Shown here: positions 26,225 through 39,833 of the stretch, one piece after another
Layout of the letters: every line of letters begins with the position of its first letter
How positions within the stretch are numbered: position 1 is the stretch's first letter
NCBI RefSeq assembly: GCF_018977255.1
Contig: NW_024704743.1
Location: 93,250,001-93,314,000 of the forward strand
Source of the DNA: Callorhinchus milii
Lineage: Eukaryota
Direction: 5' to 3'
DNA length: 64,000 nucleotides
The notes under the pieces: model-generated
What the model was told of the DNA's origin: nothing
What the model saw: only the letters and a program-made list of their open reading frames with translations
Database searches by the model: none
Position numbers and translations under genes: made by a program

Positions 26225-26515
26225 GTTTAGCTGGAATTTAGTGAATTGTGTGAATTACAAGTGAAGCCTCACAAAGTCTTTAGCTGGTTAAACTCCAGCA
26301 GTACAATGCACAATTTGCAGTCTGCAAAGCTTGGTTCCTGCCAATCTGTACCTAAACTCTTCAGGATTAGATAAATAGGATATATCCTTCTGGGGAGAGA
26401 GTGTGTACTCCATTGAGACAAAAATTTATTTCAATGCATGTGTGTAACTCTCAGTAATTTGGTTTGAATACTCTTAAACTTAGTGATGGGTTTCCATGTA
26501 TGTCAGACACCTGTC
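26225..26515 (+). repeat. Unclassified ~400-bp repeat, copy 6, carrying a templated insertion
   Basis: tttagctggttaaactccagcagtac...ctctcagtaatttggtttgaatactcttaa...tgtcagacacc. Confidence 0.75.
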
Positions 26516-27274
26516 TGATGAAAGAAAAATAATGTATTCAGCACTAGGTTTAAGCCAATTTTATTTCCAGAATGCTGCACCAGCCTCAGTTGCACCAGCC
26601 TCAGACTTCAGAAATATATCCTCTGATAGCAAAATCCTTTGGTATAGGTAATTTCAGTAACTTCGACTTAAACACAGAAAGCAGGTAAATCATCTCTGTG
26701 GTGTTTGTGTTTTGCTGATTTGAACGACAGTAGTAATAATAATACTAAAATAATCCTTGCATTTGATATTGCAGTATTACATCATCAAGATGTCTCAAAG
26801 TGCTTCACAGATTTACTGTAAAGTGGGGTGACTGTATTTTGAGGTAAATGTAATCAGCAATAGCGAAATCATACAAGTAAGTCATCTCCTCCCTTGAAGT
26901 GAGGCAAGTATTATTGTAAATGTGAACTCCTGTATGGACTTCAGGACTTGCTTGTAACTTGGAGTGTTTTATTTGTTTTCCAGAGAGTGGGGGGGCAGTA
27001 TGGCTGATACCCTGCCTGTTGAATGTGGGGCTGAGAAAGTGGGGACAGAAGCAGCCAGTGCTTGTCAACTCAGTAGAGTTGAAGGAGATTGTGGAGGAAG
27101 GGTGGGGTGAGACCATGGAGGGATTTAAAAGTGAAAATGAGGATCTTCAACTTGATCCACTTATGCTGAATTCATATTTCATTGACCTGCTTTCATTGTT
27201 TTTCAATCAAAGCTCTTACTTGTCTCAACTTAAAATAAAAACATGTCAGCCGAACGCACAGAAATAGTCAAGGT

Positions 27275-27630
27275 TCTAAATTACCAAAGATTGGATCCAA
27301 AATTGGCTGGAAGACAGAAAGCATAAGGTAGTGGTGAACAACTGTTTTTCAGACTGGAGGGAGATGTACAGTGGTGTCCCCCAAGTGTTGGTATCAGGAC
27401 CACTGCTCTTTTTAATGTATGTTAATGACCTGGACTTGGGTATAGAGAGCAAAATTTGAAAGTTTGCAGATGAAACAAAACTTGGAAATGTAGTGAACAG
27501 TAAAGAGGATAGTATCAGACTGCAGGAGGATGTAGTCAGGCTGGTGAAATGGGCAGACACATGGCAGATGGAATTTAATGCAAGGAAGTGTGAAGTAATG
27601 CATTTTGGTAGGAAGAATGAGGAGAGGCAA
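27275..27630 (+). mobile_element. CR1 RT fragment
   Basis: agtggtgtcccccaag...tttgcagatgaaacaaaacttgg; LVKWADTWQMEFNARKCEVMHFG. Confidence 0.92.
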
Positions 27631-28000
27631 TATACAATACAAAATTATATTTGTAAAGCATCTATCACATCAGGAGAATGTCCCCAGGTACTGAACAGTC
27701 AGGGATTAGGTAGTGGGACCTAAGCAGGGGAGGAAGCGGGGGATCAGGGAGGGTGGAGAGCAGAGAAGGTGGCCGAAGGCTTGGTCGAAGAGAAGGGTCT
27801 TGAAGGGAGCCCTGAAGAAGGCATGGGAGGAAGCAAGTTGAAAGGAATGTGGAATAGAGTTCCAAAGGGTGGGGACAGAAAAGCCGAAGGCCCAACCGCT
27901 AATGGTGGGGCAGGCCAGGTAGGGAATGTGGAGCAGGCCATAGCCTGCTGAGAGAAGAGCAGCGAGAAAGGGAGAGTGGTAAGGGACAATACTGAGGGAG
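27630..28000 (-). mobile_element. L2 3' fragment
   Basis: PTISGWAFGFSVPTLWNSIP...FKTLLF; (caata)n tail. Confidence 0.85.
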
Positions 28001-31000
28001 AGCGCTGGGATGTCTAAGCGGTTGTGACAAAGGCTTGATTGGGTCAGGCATTTCTTGGTCAGACACATCACAACAGATGTACGTTATCAGAGCCCTCATT
28101 CTTCTCACAGAGGAAACAACATCACAGAGTCCGTCATGCTATTAACGACCTGTTCAGTATAAGACAGTGGAGACGGGATCTCATCATTCTGGCCCTGAAA
28201 GATGGCAGTGTGAGGTGACTGCACAAAAGCAGCAGCCAATGGCCCTGGGCAGCACATGCCAGTTAGTCTCCCTGTGACATTGTTAGATAATAATCCTCGC
28301 ATTTAATATTAAAAATAACTCCAATAACAGTGACAATTGCTGGATTCCACATTGAAATACCATTATTGCCGCTCACCCCGAATGCCAACATATGTCAATG
28401 CCAAATATCAATTGATATTGGCTCGGTCCCGGGATCCTAAACTGTAAAGCGCTCTAAGACGCCATCGGGTGTGGAGGGCGCTATATAAATCCAAGTTGTT
28501 GTTGTTGTTTACACAAGGGAGAAGTTCAAAACCAGTGGGCTCTGATATTTCAACATGAATTTCTTAATAGCTGCATCTTTCTTTTCCAGTAATTTTTTTT
28601 AATTTTTTTTTTTAGTGGCACTGTAATATGTGTTGAGCTCACACTGCAGCACACCTTACCAAAAGGTTGGCCACCACTGGTCTAGGCAGATACTGCCGTG
28701 TCATATCGGAGGGGAGAGGGTGCTGCATTGTCAGAGGTACCGTCCTTGAGATGAAACATAGAACCAAGATCCCATCTGACTGTTTAGTTATATGTTAAAA
28801 TTCATGACACTGTTCAAAAGGGAGGTGAGTTTATCCCATTGTCCTGGCCAATAACATTCCAGATATATTGATCATTCACTTCATGGTAGGATCTTGTTGT
28901 CTGCAAATGGCTTCTACGTTTGTTTGACCATTGATGGAGGGAAAGATGGGCAGGGGACATGGAGTAGGCCGGTACAGAGTATACCAGGTGAAACACTATG
29001 AAAGTTACTGATAGACACTATTAAAATGACATACAGCATGTGTATCCAACAGAAAGAAACAGAAAGAAACTGCTAAAAATAAAGGATTGAACATTGAAAG
29101 TTTGCGTTCTGTCAGATAGATATGGGGCTTGAACTCACAAGCTTCTGACTCAGAGGCAACTGAGACAGGCTGACTAATTATATCAAATACTATGGTCATT
29201 ATTATTATAAATGAATTTTTTTTTAATTGCATTTCCTCAAAATCTATGGTTGCCTGAAGGTTATCACTTAATACAAGAATATGTATTTCTTTCTAGTTTT
29301 CTTTTCAGTGTTCGGCTTTACATACACACACACACACGCATGCACACACACACACACACACATACATACACCCAACATAAAAGTGAAGGTGCAGGGAATA
29401 GGGATAGCGAGTAGTGGAAGTCCCATATGCACAATTTGCAGAAAAAAATCAATGCAATGACCTCCCGATTACATTGAGTTTAGATTAATAAATCTATCAA
29501 TTAAGAACTTTGTACTCAACATTCAAGACAGAGACTAAATGCTACAGTCTAGACAGATTTCCCAACAAAGAACAGATCAGCAGCTGCAGACTCATAACCT
29601 AACTATACTCTGTTGGGTACGACAAACATGCTGACAGTGGTACTTAAAGAGAGACTCTTATTTTATGTTCCCCTAAATTGGTCACTTTTGTCTGTATTTT
29701 CACCTTGGAGGAGGAGGGGAACTGACTGTCTTAACACCAGAAGAATGTATTAGAATTCAGGATGAGAGTGAAATGGGGGTAGAGAATTCTTTTTGGGAAT
29801 GGGCTTACACCCTTTTGGAACCTTTTCTGTGCTTTCCTTTCCACTTATGGGTAAAATTGTCAGTTCTAAACCCAAATGTGATTTTGGAGTCAAAATTCCA
29901 CCCGGGTTTAGCTTTACTCTATTTTTATAACATTTCTGAGCATAATAACATAAGAACATCAGAATGTGCGAGCTGAAAGAAGACCAAGGTCCATCCACTT
30001 TGCCTTCCACCATCCTGGCAGTTGCTTGACATGTCATGTCCCAAACTATATATTGTATCCCAAAATATTCTTTTCTAAAAGAAATCTATCTAATTTGTTC
30101 TTGAAACAAACAACACGTTTTGCTTCCACCGACTCTCTAGGGAACTCTTCGATACATTTACTGCTCGCTCACTGAAGTAGTGTTTCCATAGATTTGTTCT
30201 GAATTTACCCCCCTTCAATTGCAGACTATGTGCTCTGTTCTACTGTTCAGTCTTAATTTTTCTGTAAGTTCTTTAAAATACTACAGAAAGCCAACTTCAA
30301 AATTAAGATTGAATTGAGCAGTTTGACAAATTCTGGATGCATTGAAATGATAAGGAAATAGAGTAAATCTAGACTGAGACCCAGGTAGAATTTCTCCCTA
30401 TATTTGTGTAACACCTAAAAACTGTTAATATTTCAGCTACATTAAATAAATTGTTACCTGATTGAAAACAGAAACAAATTCATAGAATTCTAATATTGTG
30501 CACAGTAATATGCACAAGAAGTTAAGAATTTCTGTGATTATTTAATTGTTACGGTCTTAATACATTTTACAAGAACTGTTATAAGAAGGTCTTATGGGTT
30601 ATAAGAATGTTTCTGCTCATATTCAGGGATAAATGCAGATTTGAGTCAAAGAATAAAACAAATCCAAAGTAAATATGTTCAATATGTGCTGCCAGAACCA
30701 CATTTTAATTGGGGATCTATATTTGTTCCAAAGAGAAATGAGGCAGAAACCAAGATTTTGCCTTCGTTTTTGCTATTTCCAATCATCCATGTCATCTTTA
30801 TTTAGTTTTAAAAAATACTTTTTAATCTTAAACTCCACCAAATTGAAGAAAATGTTTTTGTATATCTCATTGGATTCATATGCTTCACTTTCCACAATCT
30901 ATTCCTAATTACCATGCAATTAGATGGCAAATACATGCATTTAAAATGCATTTTGACAAGTGTTTAAAAAAAGAACATTAAAGTGTAGCAGGCATAAAAA

Positions 31001-31368
31001 CATCGCTAGAAGGGAAAGTTGAAAGAGATAAAGGAATTTATTTGGCTCATCACTCACCATATCAAAACAGTGTGAGGCAGCATAAGCAGGAGAATAATCA
31101 GAATGCTGAACTATATTGCCAAATCAGTTGAGTTCAGATTCCCTCAAATGGTTCTGCTCAGGCTGCACCTGGAATACTACTTACATTTCTGGTCACTGCA
31201 ACATAAAGGGTCCCACTGAGACCCCAGAGGCAGTTCAGAGAAGAGCACCGAACATGATTGTTCAGTGTTACAGAGTTGAGTAATGAGGAATGATTATAAA
31301 GTATAATAATAATCCTTGCATTTGATATAGAGCCTTATCATGTTGTTGAGACGTCTCAAAGTGCTTCA

Positions 31369-34005
31369 ACAACAACAACAAGATTCCATTTATAGAGCGC
31401 CTTTCACGTCGGGAGGACGTCCCAAGGCGCTGTACAGTGGGTCAGGACCCGAGCAAGGGGGAAATGGTCAGGGGGAGTGAAGGGAGGGAGCGAGGAGGGG
31501 GTAGAGAGTCGAGAGGGGAGCTGAAGGCACGGGCAAAGAGAAGGGTCTTGAGATCGGCCTTGAAGGAGGAAAGGGAGGAGGCGGCGAAGGCACTGGGGGA
31601 CAAAGTTGCAGAGCCTAGGGGCTGAGAGGCTGAAGGCCCGGCCACCGATGGTAGGGCGGTTGGGGCGGGGGATGTGGAGCAGACTGGAGTCAGAGGAACG
31701 GAGGGTACGGGCAGGTAGGTAGGGGGATAGTAGGTCAGAGAGGTAGGAGGTGGCAAGACCGTGAATGGCCTAGTAGGTGAGGATGAGGAACTTGAATTCG
31801 ATCCTCTGGGGGATGGGAAGCCAGTGGAGGCGAGCGAGGGTGGGAGTGATGTGGTCCCGAAGCCTGGTGCGGGACAGTACACGAGCTGCAGAGTTCTGAA
31901 TGACCTGCAGGATGTGGAGGGAGGTGCCGGGAAGGCCGGAGAGGAGAGAGTTCCCATAGACCAGCCTTGAGGTGATAAACGCGTGGACCAGAGTTTCAGC
32001 AGCGTGAGGGGTGAGGTAGTGCCGTAGTCTGGCGATGTTCCGGAGGTGATGGAAGGCGGTGCCAGTTGTGGAGCGGATATGATGAAGAAAGGACAGCTCA
32101 GGGTCGAACAGAACCCCGAGGTTCCTGACTGGCTTTGAGAGGTGGAGAGTGCAGCCTTGGATGCTGAGGGTGTCAGCGCCTGAGGTGTGGAGGCGCTGAC
32201 GTGAGCCAATCAGGAGGGCCTCAGTTTTATGCACGTTGAGCTGAAGAAAGTTGTCTCTCATCCAGGACTCGATGTCGGACAGGCAGACTGTCAGGACATC
32301 GGTGGTCGTGGAGTTGAGGGTAGAGGAGGAAAGGTAGAGTTGGGTGTCATCCGCATACATGTGGAAGTTAACCCCATGTCTGCGGATGATGTCACCAAGG
32401 GGGAGCATATAGAGGGTGAAGAGGAGGGGACCGAGGACAGAGCCCTGAGGGACACCGCACGAGACAGTGCGGGGGCTGGAGGAAAAGTCGTTCGTGGAAA
32501 CAAAGTGAAAACGGTTGGAGAGGTACGACCTAAACCACTCAAGGACAGGGCCTTGAAGGTTGAGGTGGGAGGACAAGTGGTGGAGGAGGATAGTGTGGTC
32601 GATCGTATTGAATGCTGCCGATAGGTCGAGGAGGACGAGGAGGCAGAGGGAGCCCTGGTCGCAGATGGTCAGGATGTCATTGGTGACCTTGACCAGGGCA
32701 GTTTCTGTGCTATGGGCAGCACGGAAACCCGACTGAAGGGGTTTGAATAATGAATGGGTGGAGAGGAAAGAGCGCAGCTGGGAGGCGACAACTCTTTCAA
32801 GGACCTTGGACAGGAAGGGGAGGTTGGAGATGGGCCGGTAGCTTGATAGCTGCGACGCATCAAGGGAGGGTTTTTTCAAGGTGGGAGTGATGGTGGCAGT
32901 TTTTAAGGGAATGGGGACAGAGCCAGAGGAGAGGGACAGGTTGACGATGTCTGTGATATGTGGGGCAAGGAGGTGGAGCTGGGAGATAAGGAGTGGAGTG
33001 GGGATGGGGTCAAGGGAGCAGGTGGTGGGTTTCAGGGATAGGATGAGTTTGGTGACAGAGGGTGGGGAAACGGGTACTAAAGTGTGTAGGGGAGGATGGG
33101 TAGGAATGTGGGAGGGAGGGGGTGGGGGGGTGGGTGGAGGTTGGAGGGGAAGTGACCACGGAGCGGATTCCCTTGATTTTGGATTCAAGGAAATCCAGCA
33201 TCTCCTCACAGTGAAGGTTGGAGGAGATGACCTGCGCGGGGTGGCAGGGGGATGAAGGAGCCGGGATGTGGTAGAAAACAGAAGCCTGGGGTTGTTCTTC
33301 GCCTCCAGGATTATCCTGGAGTAGAAGGACGACTTGGCTGAGGCTAGAGTGGAGCAGTAGGTTTTGAGGAGGTCCGGCCAGATTTGTCGGTGGACCGTTA
33401 GGCCAGATTTGAGGCAGGTGCGTTCAGCGGCCCGCACCTGGCTCTTCCGTGAGCGGAGGTGGGTGGTGAATCAGGGGGAGGAGCGAGAGTAGGAGACAGT
33501 ACGGGAGGTGATGGGGGCAAGAGTGTCGAGTGTGGAGGGGAAGGTGTTGTGAAGGAGGGTGAGAGGAGAAGAGGAGTCAGTGAGGGTTGAAGGCCAGAGG
33601 GAGAGGAGTTCAGAGGACTCCAAGGCAGTGGTTAGGGATTGTGGGGGTAACTTCTTCCAGGGGAGGTAGAAGATGGTGGTGGGTCTGGTGGAGGTGGGGA
33701 GGGGGGTGGAGGTGGTGAAGGAGATGAAGTGGTGATCGGAGATGGCCTTGTCGGTGATAGTGACATCCGAGACACTGAGGTCCCGGGTGATGACCAAGTC
33801 GAGTGGGTGGCCGTGACTGTGAGTGGGGGAGTTGATGTGGAGGGAGAGGTTGAGCGAGGAGAGGGCCGGTAGAGGAGGAGGATTTTGAGTGAGAGGAAGG
33901 AGGGGTGGGAGAGGGTGAGGTGCTCGAAAGAGGGGAAAGAGCCAGAGGAGTAGGGGGATAGGGCAAGTGGTGTCCTTGAGATAAGGGCTACACCACCGCC
34001 ACGCC
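31369..34005 (-). mobile_element. Young 5'-truncated L2-clade LINE (2.6 kb) inserted in a Deu-SINE
   Basis: EN remnants (RGGGVALI, LYRP, PTHSHGHPLDLVIT), 555-aa RT region, 3' UTR and (ttg)n tail. The host SINE is split gtgcttca|...|agaatatattgtaaagtg. Confidence 0.97.
31770..33437 (-). pseudogene. L2 ORF2 reverse transcriptase, disabled
   Basis: [50 protein letters not shown] and MYADD. Bounded by in-frame nonsense codons (SP*FT at 33471; LTY* at 31770); the EN domain is truncated and internally deleted. Confidence 0.93.
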
Positions 34006-34596
34006 AAGAATATATTGTAAAGTGGATTGACTGTGCAGCCACCAAAAGGTATTTTTCTCAAAATGACTGGAATTGGTTACTAGGAAGGAAAGTTGAGACC
34101 AGGACACTGTAGTCATTTTTTAAGAAAAACACTTGATGTTGTTGTAATGGGAAAGATGGCCAGTTGAATATTCTGAAAGGATGAGATCAAATAGGCTGAA
34201 AGATGTTCTTCATCGAAGTCTATTGTGTGATCTTGTGTGCATAGGAGTAAGGATGAGGACATTCAGACATTGAGTTTGGTTCCACCAGTTTATCAGATAA
34301 TGGCAGATAATTAATTCCATTTTTCCACCTTTTCTCCATATCCCTTAATATCCCAGGGAGTAAGCAGGGCAATGGGTCTAAATTAATAATAATAATAATT
34401 CTTGCAATTGATATAGCAGCTTTCATGTCAAGAGGATGTCTCAAAGCCCAGGATACAATACAATACAATATAAAATTACATTTGTAGAGCATCTTACATG
34501 TCGGGAGGACATCCCAAGGCGCTGGATATCAATTTTGTGGGAAGAGCATGGATTCGTCCTTCATGACACCTCCTTCATGGCATCCTGAGGAATATC

Positions 34597-35460
34597 GGTT
34601 AGAGCACTCGCTTCACAAGTGAGAGGACCTGGAGTCGATTCCAGGGCAGGGCGAAACATTAGGCAGGTTTCTTTACTCCACATGCCTCTGTTTATGTAGC
34701 AGTAAGTAGGAACCTGGTTGTTAGTCAATTGGTAGATCTCTTTTCCAGGTATAATAATCCCTTAAAAAAAATTGGTCACTCAATCCACAACTGTTTGTGG
34801 GATACTGCTATGTGCAATTGACTGCCTTGTGTTGCCCACAAAAATATACAGTCAATTCTCCATACAGTATATTCCGCAGATCATCCAAAAGGCTGCAGAT
34901 CATCCAGAACTCTGCAGCCCGTAGCCTCTCCCGCACTATGCTCTGTGACCCTATCACCCCCATCTCACCCAACTCCACTGGCATCCCATCACACTGAGGA
35001 TACAGTTCAATCACCTGGTCCTCACCTTTAAAGACCTCCATGGCCTCCCTCCCCCCTACCTCTGTGACCTCCTTATCCCCTACCATCCTGCCCGCTCCCT
35101 CCACTCAGCGGGCTCCGGCCTGCTTCACGTCCCCCGCCTCACCTGCCCTAGCATTGGTGAGCGGGCCTTCTGCCACTCTGCCCTATCCTCTGGAACTCCA
35201 TCCCGCAGTCCCTCCACCTTGCTCCCTCCCTTGCCTCCTTCAAGACTTGTCTCAAGACCCTCCTCTTCGATCGTGCTTTCGATCACCCTCCTTCCCCAAT
35301 CCTGCCCCCAACTCGGGTCCGAAACACTGTCTGTCCAGCGCCTTGGGACATCCTCCCGACGTGAAAGGCACTATACAAGTGTAATTTTGATGTTGTTGTT
35401 CTGAGAAGTGCTTTGAGACATCTTGAACCCACGATAAGGCACATGCAGCATAATAATAAT
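34597..35460 (+). mobile_element. Deu-SINE (long variant) interrupted by a co-oriented L2 3' fragment (34875-35398)
   Basis: SINE breaks at cagtatattc and resumes at ttctgagaagtgctttgagac; the insert encodes [10 protein letters not shown] and ends in (ttg)n. Confidence 0.9.
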
Positions 35461-37369
35461 GCTTGCACCACATTATATTTAAAATTTAATGAAACAATGT
35501 AACGCTGCTCACAATCACTGAGATTGCTGTCCTCCTTTTCTTCGGTTCATGAAAGCCACCATTTAAATGATGTGTGTTCAACCAATTGAGCTAATCAGGA
35601 TGGGTTTCTTTATTGTTTTAATTATTTTTTTGTTTCAGCATCATAGTCAATGAGCCAGAAGCTTACAAAACTATCTAGCCAAGGGAAACTGAATCTCCCT
35701 GAATCTGTCAAGTTTAAGGGTTAATAGAAAATGACAAAAAGTTACAGAGTATCATTAAGTTATTTTACACAGCCCTGCCAGATGTCTGACTTCAGATTTG
35801 CTTTTTCCTGCATCTATCCTCACCCCAATCAGAAAACTCATGCAGTGTCACCTGACCAGACTTATCATGGTAAATATATTCTCGCTATAATAGCAAATTC
35901 AAAAATGAAGGCAAAAGGTTTCTGTTGTATTTAATCTAATAAGCACAATACAGTAAAGAGCATCTTACAAGAGTTCAAGCATCTTACAGTTCATTAAGCA
36001 ATGCTAATGCGCTTGGAAAAGTTGAGGAAAGCAATATCCTTTGATTAATGAGAGCTGGTGCATCATGCTGCCATGCCTGCACTACTGACCATTTGATATA
36101 CTGATTAATATGTGTGTCTGCACACATATCCCAATGTATTATGAGATTCATTATGAAATAGATTAAATGCTGAGGTTCAGAGTCTGCTCAATTCTTTTAG
36201 AGATCTATGAAATAACATACCTAATGTAAAAGAAAGAGAAAATATGAGCAATGTTGGATTTAATTCTACAGTGTGAAAAACTGTTACCCACACATCAGAG
36301 AATTTACCTAATGGAGGCAGACATCATTTCAGCAAGAATTATTGAAGCATTTATCAAGGTACCTGCATGCCATAATATCAACCAATTTCAGAAATTGTGA
36401 AACACAGAGGATATCGTTTACTAATACAGTGATGAACTCTGGTGCTACTTCATCATGCGCACTGACATAAAATAATATTTAATGAAAACAAAAAGTCGGG
36501 AATGAGGGAAATTTTGAGTAGGTTTCAGTCTTGCAGATGTCAAAAGGAGAAATTTACAAATGTTGTCAGCCGATCTCAGCTTGATTAAGGCTGATATATT
36601 GGCAGCTACTCATACAAAGATCTTACGTTAATACAAACAGAGGAATTCAGGAACAAGAAAATGATATTCAACTAGAACCATTATTTGACTTGTTCCTTCA
36701 AAATTGAAATGGACTATTCTCAGTTCCTTACCAAACATTTGTGACTCTGTTAGTCACCAAGTGGGGGAGGGGTACATCTGTACAATTTGCATTTTAATTT
36801 ACTGCATTAGGTGACGAGTTAATATGTTAACAACTCAAAATTGAGGAAAGTATTGCCGAAGATGAATTTAGATATGAAATCCTTATGTTATGATTTTCTT
36901 GTCTCCTCTCTAAAACGTTTTTTAAAAAGTTACATTTGATCTTATCCTCTCTTTTTATTCTGCATAACTTTTTTCTGTAAGAGCAAATGTTTATGCTTAA
37001 CATAGCAATGTAGTGTTCTCTAAATTCATTTTTTGGTAACACATGCCAGTGATGGGGAATAGCACCCTTTTTTTTAATCTTGGCATGCAGCGTTAACATC
37101 AACAACAACAAATTACACTTGTATAGCTCCCTTCACATCGGAAAGACATCCCAGGGCGCTGGGCAAGCAGGGTTTTTAGACCTTCCAGGCCAAGTACAGA
37201 ACAAGCCAGATATAGAGATTCAAATGTTCCTTAACCATAATTACAGAGAGTGTGTGTCCCTTCCACCTCACTAGAAACTGTTTAGTTAAATTGCTACAAA
37301 AGATTGGCTCTCATCATAAAAAGACAGAACAAAATATATATTGTTCCATTTAGATTTTCTCACATAAAT

Positions 37370-37980
37370 CTTGGGCTCTTCAGTCTTGAAAGGAAACATC
37401 TCAGAAGGGACTTCGTAGAGGTGTATAACATTTTAAATGGAATCGAAAAAATAAACCCAGATCATTACTTTTGGACACACAGAGAGAGTAGAACAGAAGG
37501 ACATGGGGTTTAGAGAAGCAAAAGATCATTTCAGGACAGGCAGCGAGGTTAATTAATGATTGGAACTGACTGCTAGGAAGGTTGGTTGAAGCTAAGACTC
37601 TGCCCAAGGATGCCATACAAGTGAGCACATAAATGTGACAATTTTATATTGCTTTTGATTCTTAGCAATGCATCGTGAAAAGATTTATTTAAGTATGACC
37701 TCAGTGTTTCTGTCAAATAACTCAATTAGGTTTGAGACATGATCTGACTTTCACAAAACCATGCTCACTCTCCCTAATTTGTACATATTTATCCAGGTGC
37801 TCACTTACTCTGTCACTAATGATGGATTCCAGTTATTTGGCCACCGCCGATGTTTAAATCCACAAGCTGATTGATGCTTGCTTTGTCCCTTCCTCCCTTT
37901 TTGAATAACAGCAGCATATTTGCTGCTTTCAAATCTTCTGCTGTGATTCCTGAATCCCAAGTTTTGATGCACAAAGTGCT
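37370..37980. mobile_element. Old CR1 fragments (plus ~37370-37620; minus ~37700-37970)
   Basis: LGLFSLERKHLRRDFVEVYNILNG; on the minus strand, agcatggttttgtgaaagtcagatcatgtctcaaacctaattgag (QHGF...SC..NL motif). Confidence 0.7.
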
Positions 37981-39833
37981 TCAAACAAGAAATGTCTGCC
38001 TCAAAGCCTGATCATATTCCAAGGAGTTAATTTGTTCCAGTTCTGTTGAAAGTAATTGTTAATGATCTTTTATTTTGCAAATTGTACTTACTATTTTTAC
38101 CTTCTTGAATTGCTCAATATTGGGTCAAAGAGGCAGCAATTTCCTTAATTAAAACATTCGGGGGGTGGGGGCAAGACATGCACTTCTTGTTGACTCGTGG
38201 GATATCTATTCCAATACAAGATCGTGTGAAAGGGAATTCTTCCACGAATTGGCGCAACGTTCAATCTGAATTCCTTAATTAAGGATTCCTGTGTGAAATC
38301 ACTGCATTTTACAGCCGATTAAGTGTATTCTGCATTCACCCCACATTTATCAAGTCTCTGCAGATCTCTTTCAACTTTATCCCTTTCCTCTGGGCATCCT
38401 TCATGCAAGTTGGTATTATTTGCACATTTGGAGATTGTGCACTGCTTACAGTCACCACCTTCTTCAAGAGGATGCACCAATCCTGTGAACAGCAGAAGTC
38501 CAGGCCCAGTCCCAGTCTTAATCCCATTATCACAATCACTCACTAATTTATTTCTCATTATTTAGACAATTCATTATGAGCATAACTTGGCTTTTATCCT
38601 AAGAAATGTCACTTCGGCCAAAAAGTCTCTTGTGAGGGAATTCATCAGATGGTTTCTAAAAGTCAAGGTGAAAGTATCAGCTCTATTACTACAATTCACT
38701 AATTTCATTACTCCTTTGAGAATTCAGATAAATTGTTTCATTACCTTTAACAAACACGTGTTTTATGTTACATCTTTTATTCTCTCTAAATGAGCTTGAG
38801 TTGCTTTCTTTGCAATGAATCTTAATTACAGATGTCAAGAAAACACACTTGTAATTCCAAGGATATCAACATTATGACTTTTTTTTAAACAAAAGCGTAT
38901 TAGTTATTTGCAGTCTTCTATCGTGACTTTGTATCCAATAAGTTGTAAAGAATTCTGCCCCAGTTCTGCATATTTCTCTAATTTCCTCAGATAGTTTGAA
39001 ATCCATTCCATCTGTCTTGAAGCTTTATGAATATTGAAATGCTCACATGGTTTGTTTACCATTTTTATTATGAAACAGTTTTCTCCATGAACTCAGACAT
39101 CCAGTCCTCAAACTACAGTATAAAATATATAATAATATATAAAATTACAATACTGGGAAAGGAATATAACAAATGTTTTCAATAATGTAAATTTTATTTT
39201 AGCGGTAATGTTTGCCTTCACCAGCTACCTTACGACCTATACTCTGGGCATTTGTTCTTTGATAAATTGACTACTATGGACAGATCCCAACAATTTAGTT
39301 TCTCTCTTCTCTAATAATAATAATCTTAGCAAGGAACTGGATATAGCACCTTTCACATCCGGAGGATCTCTCAAACCTTAAAGTGCCGAGACTGTGTATT
39401 TTTTTAGGAAACGCGACAACAAATTTGTGAGCAGCAATGTCCCACAAACAGCTTTGAAGCGAACAACCAATTTTATTTGGGGAATAATGGGATAATGGGA
39501 GAAACCCCATTCTCTTCACCTTTGCCAAGAGATCTTTGATGACCACGTGAGCAGACACAAGGACCTCGGTTTAACATCCGAAGAACGGCACTTCCAACAA
39601 TACAGCACACCCCCAGCATAAATCTGAATCTACCACTATTCTTTTAACAACAACTTGTGTGTTATAAACCATTCTATGAAAGCATAAGAAACGTCCATTT
39701 ATTTAGATAAATCTTAAGAAGTTCTGTAATTTAAAAGAAATTTATATCAGAAATTGAAACCAGCTTAATATAAACATATAATGGTGCACATGCTATTAGG
39801 TACAAGTTCAGACTGCATCAGAGTTAAACGATT

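Noticed and set aside
26505..26530. ctgatga...gaaa hammerhead-like core at the end of repeat copy 6
   Set aside because: No stems could be built, and the motif is absent from the other five copies.
31442..32209. 255-aa Ser/Pro-rich ORF and other overlapping ORFs of 100 aa or more
   Set aside because: These are alternative or antisense frames of C-rich L2 sequence.
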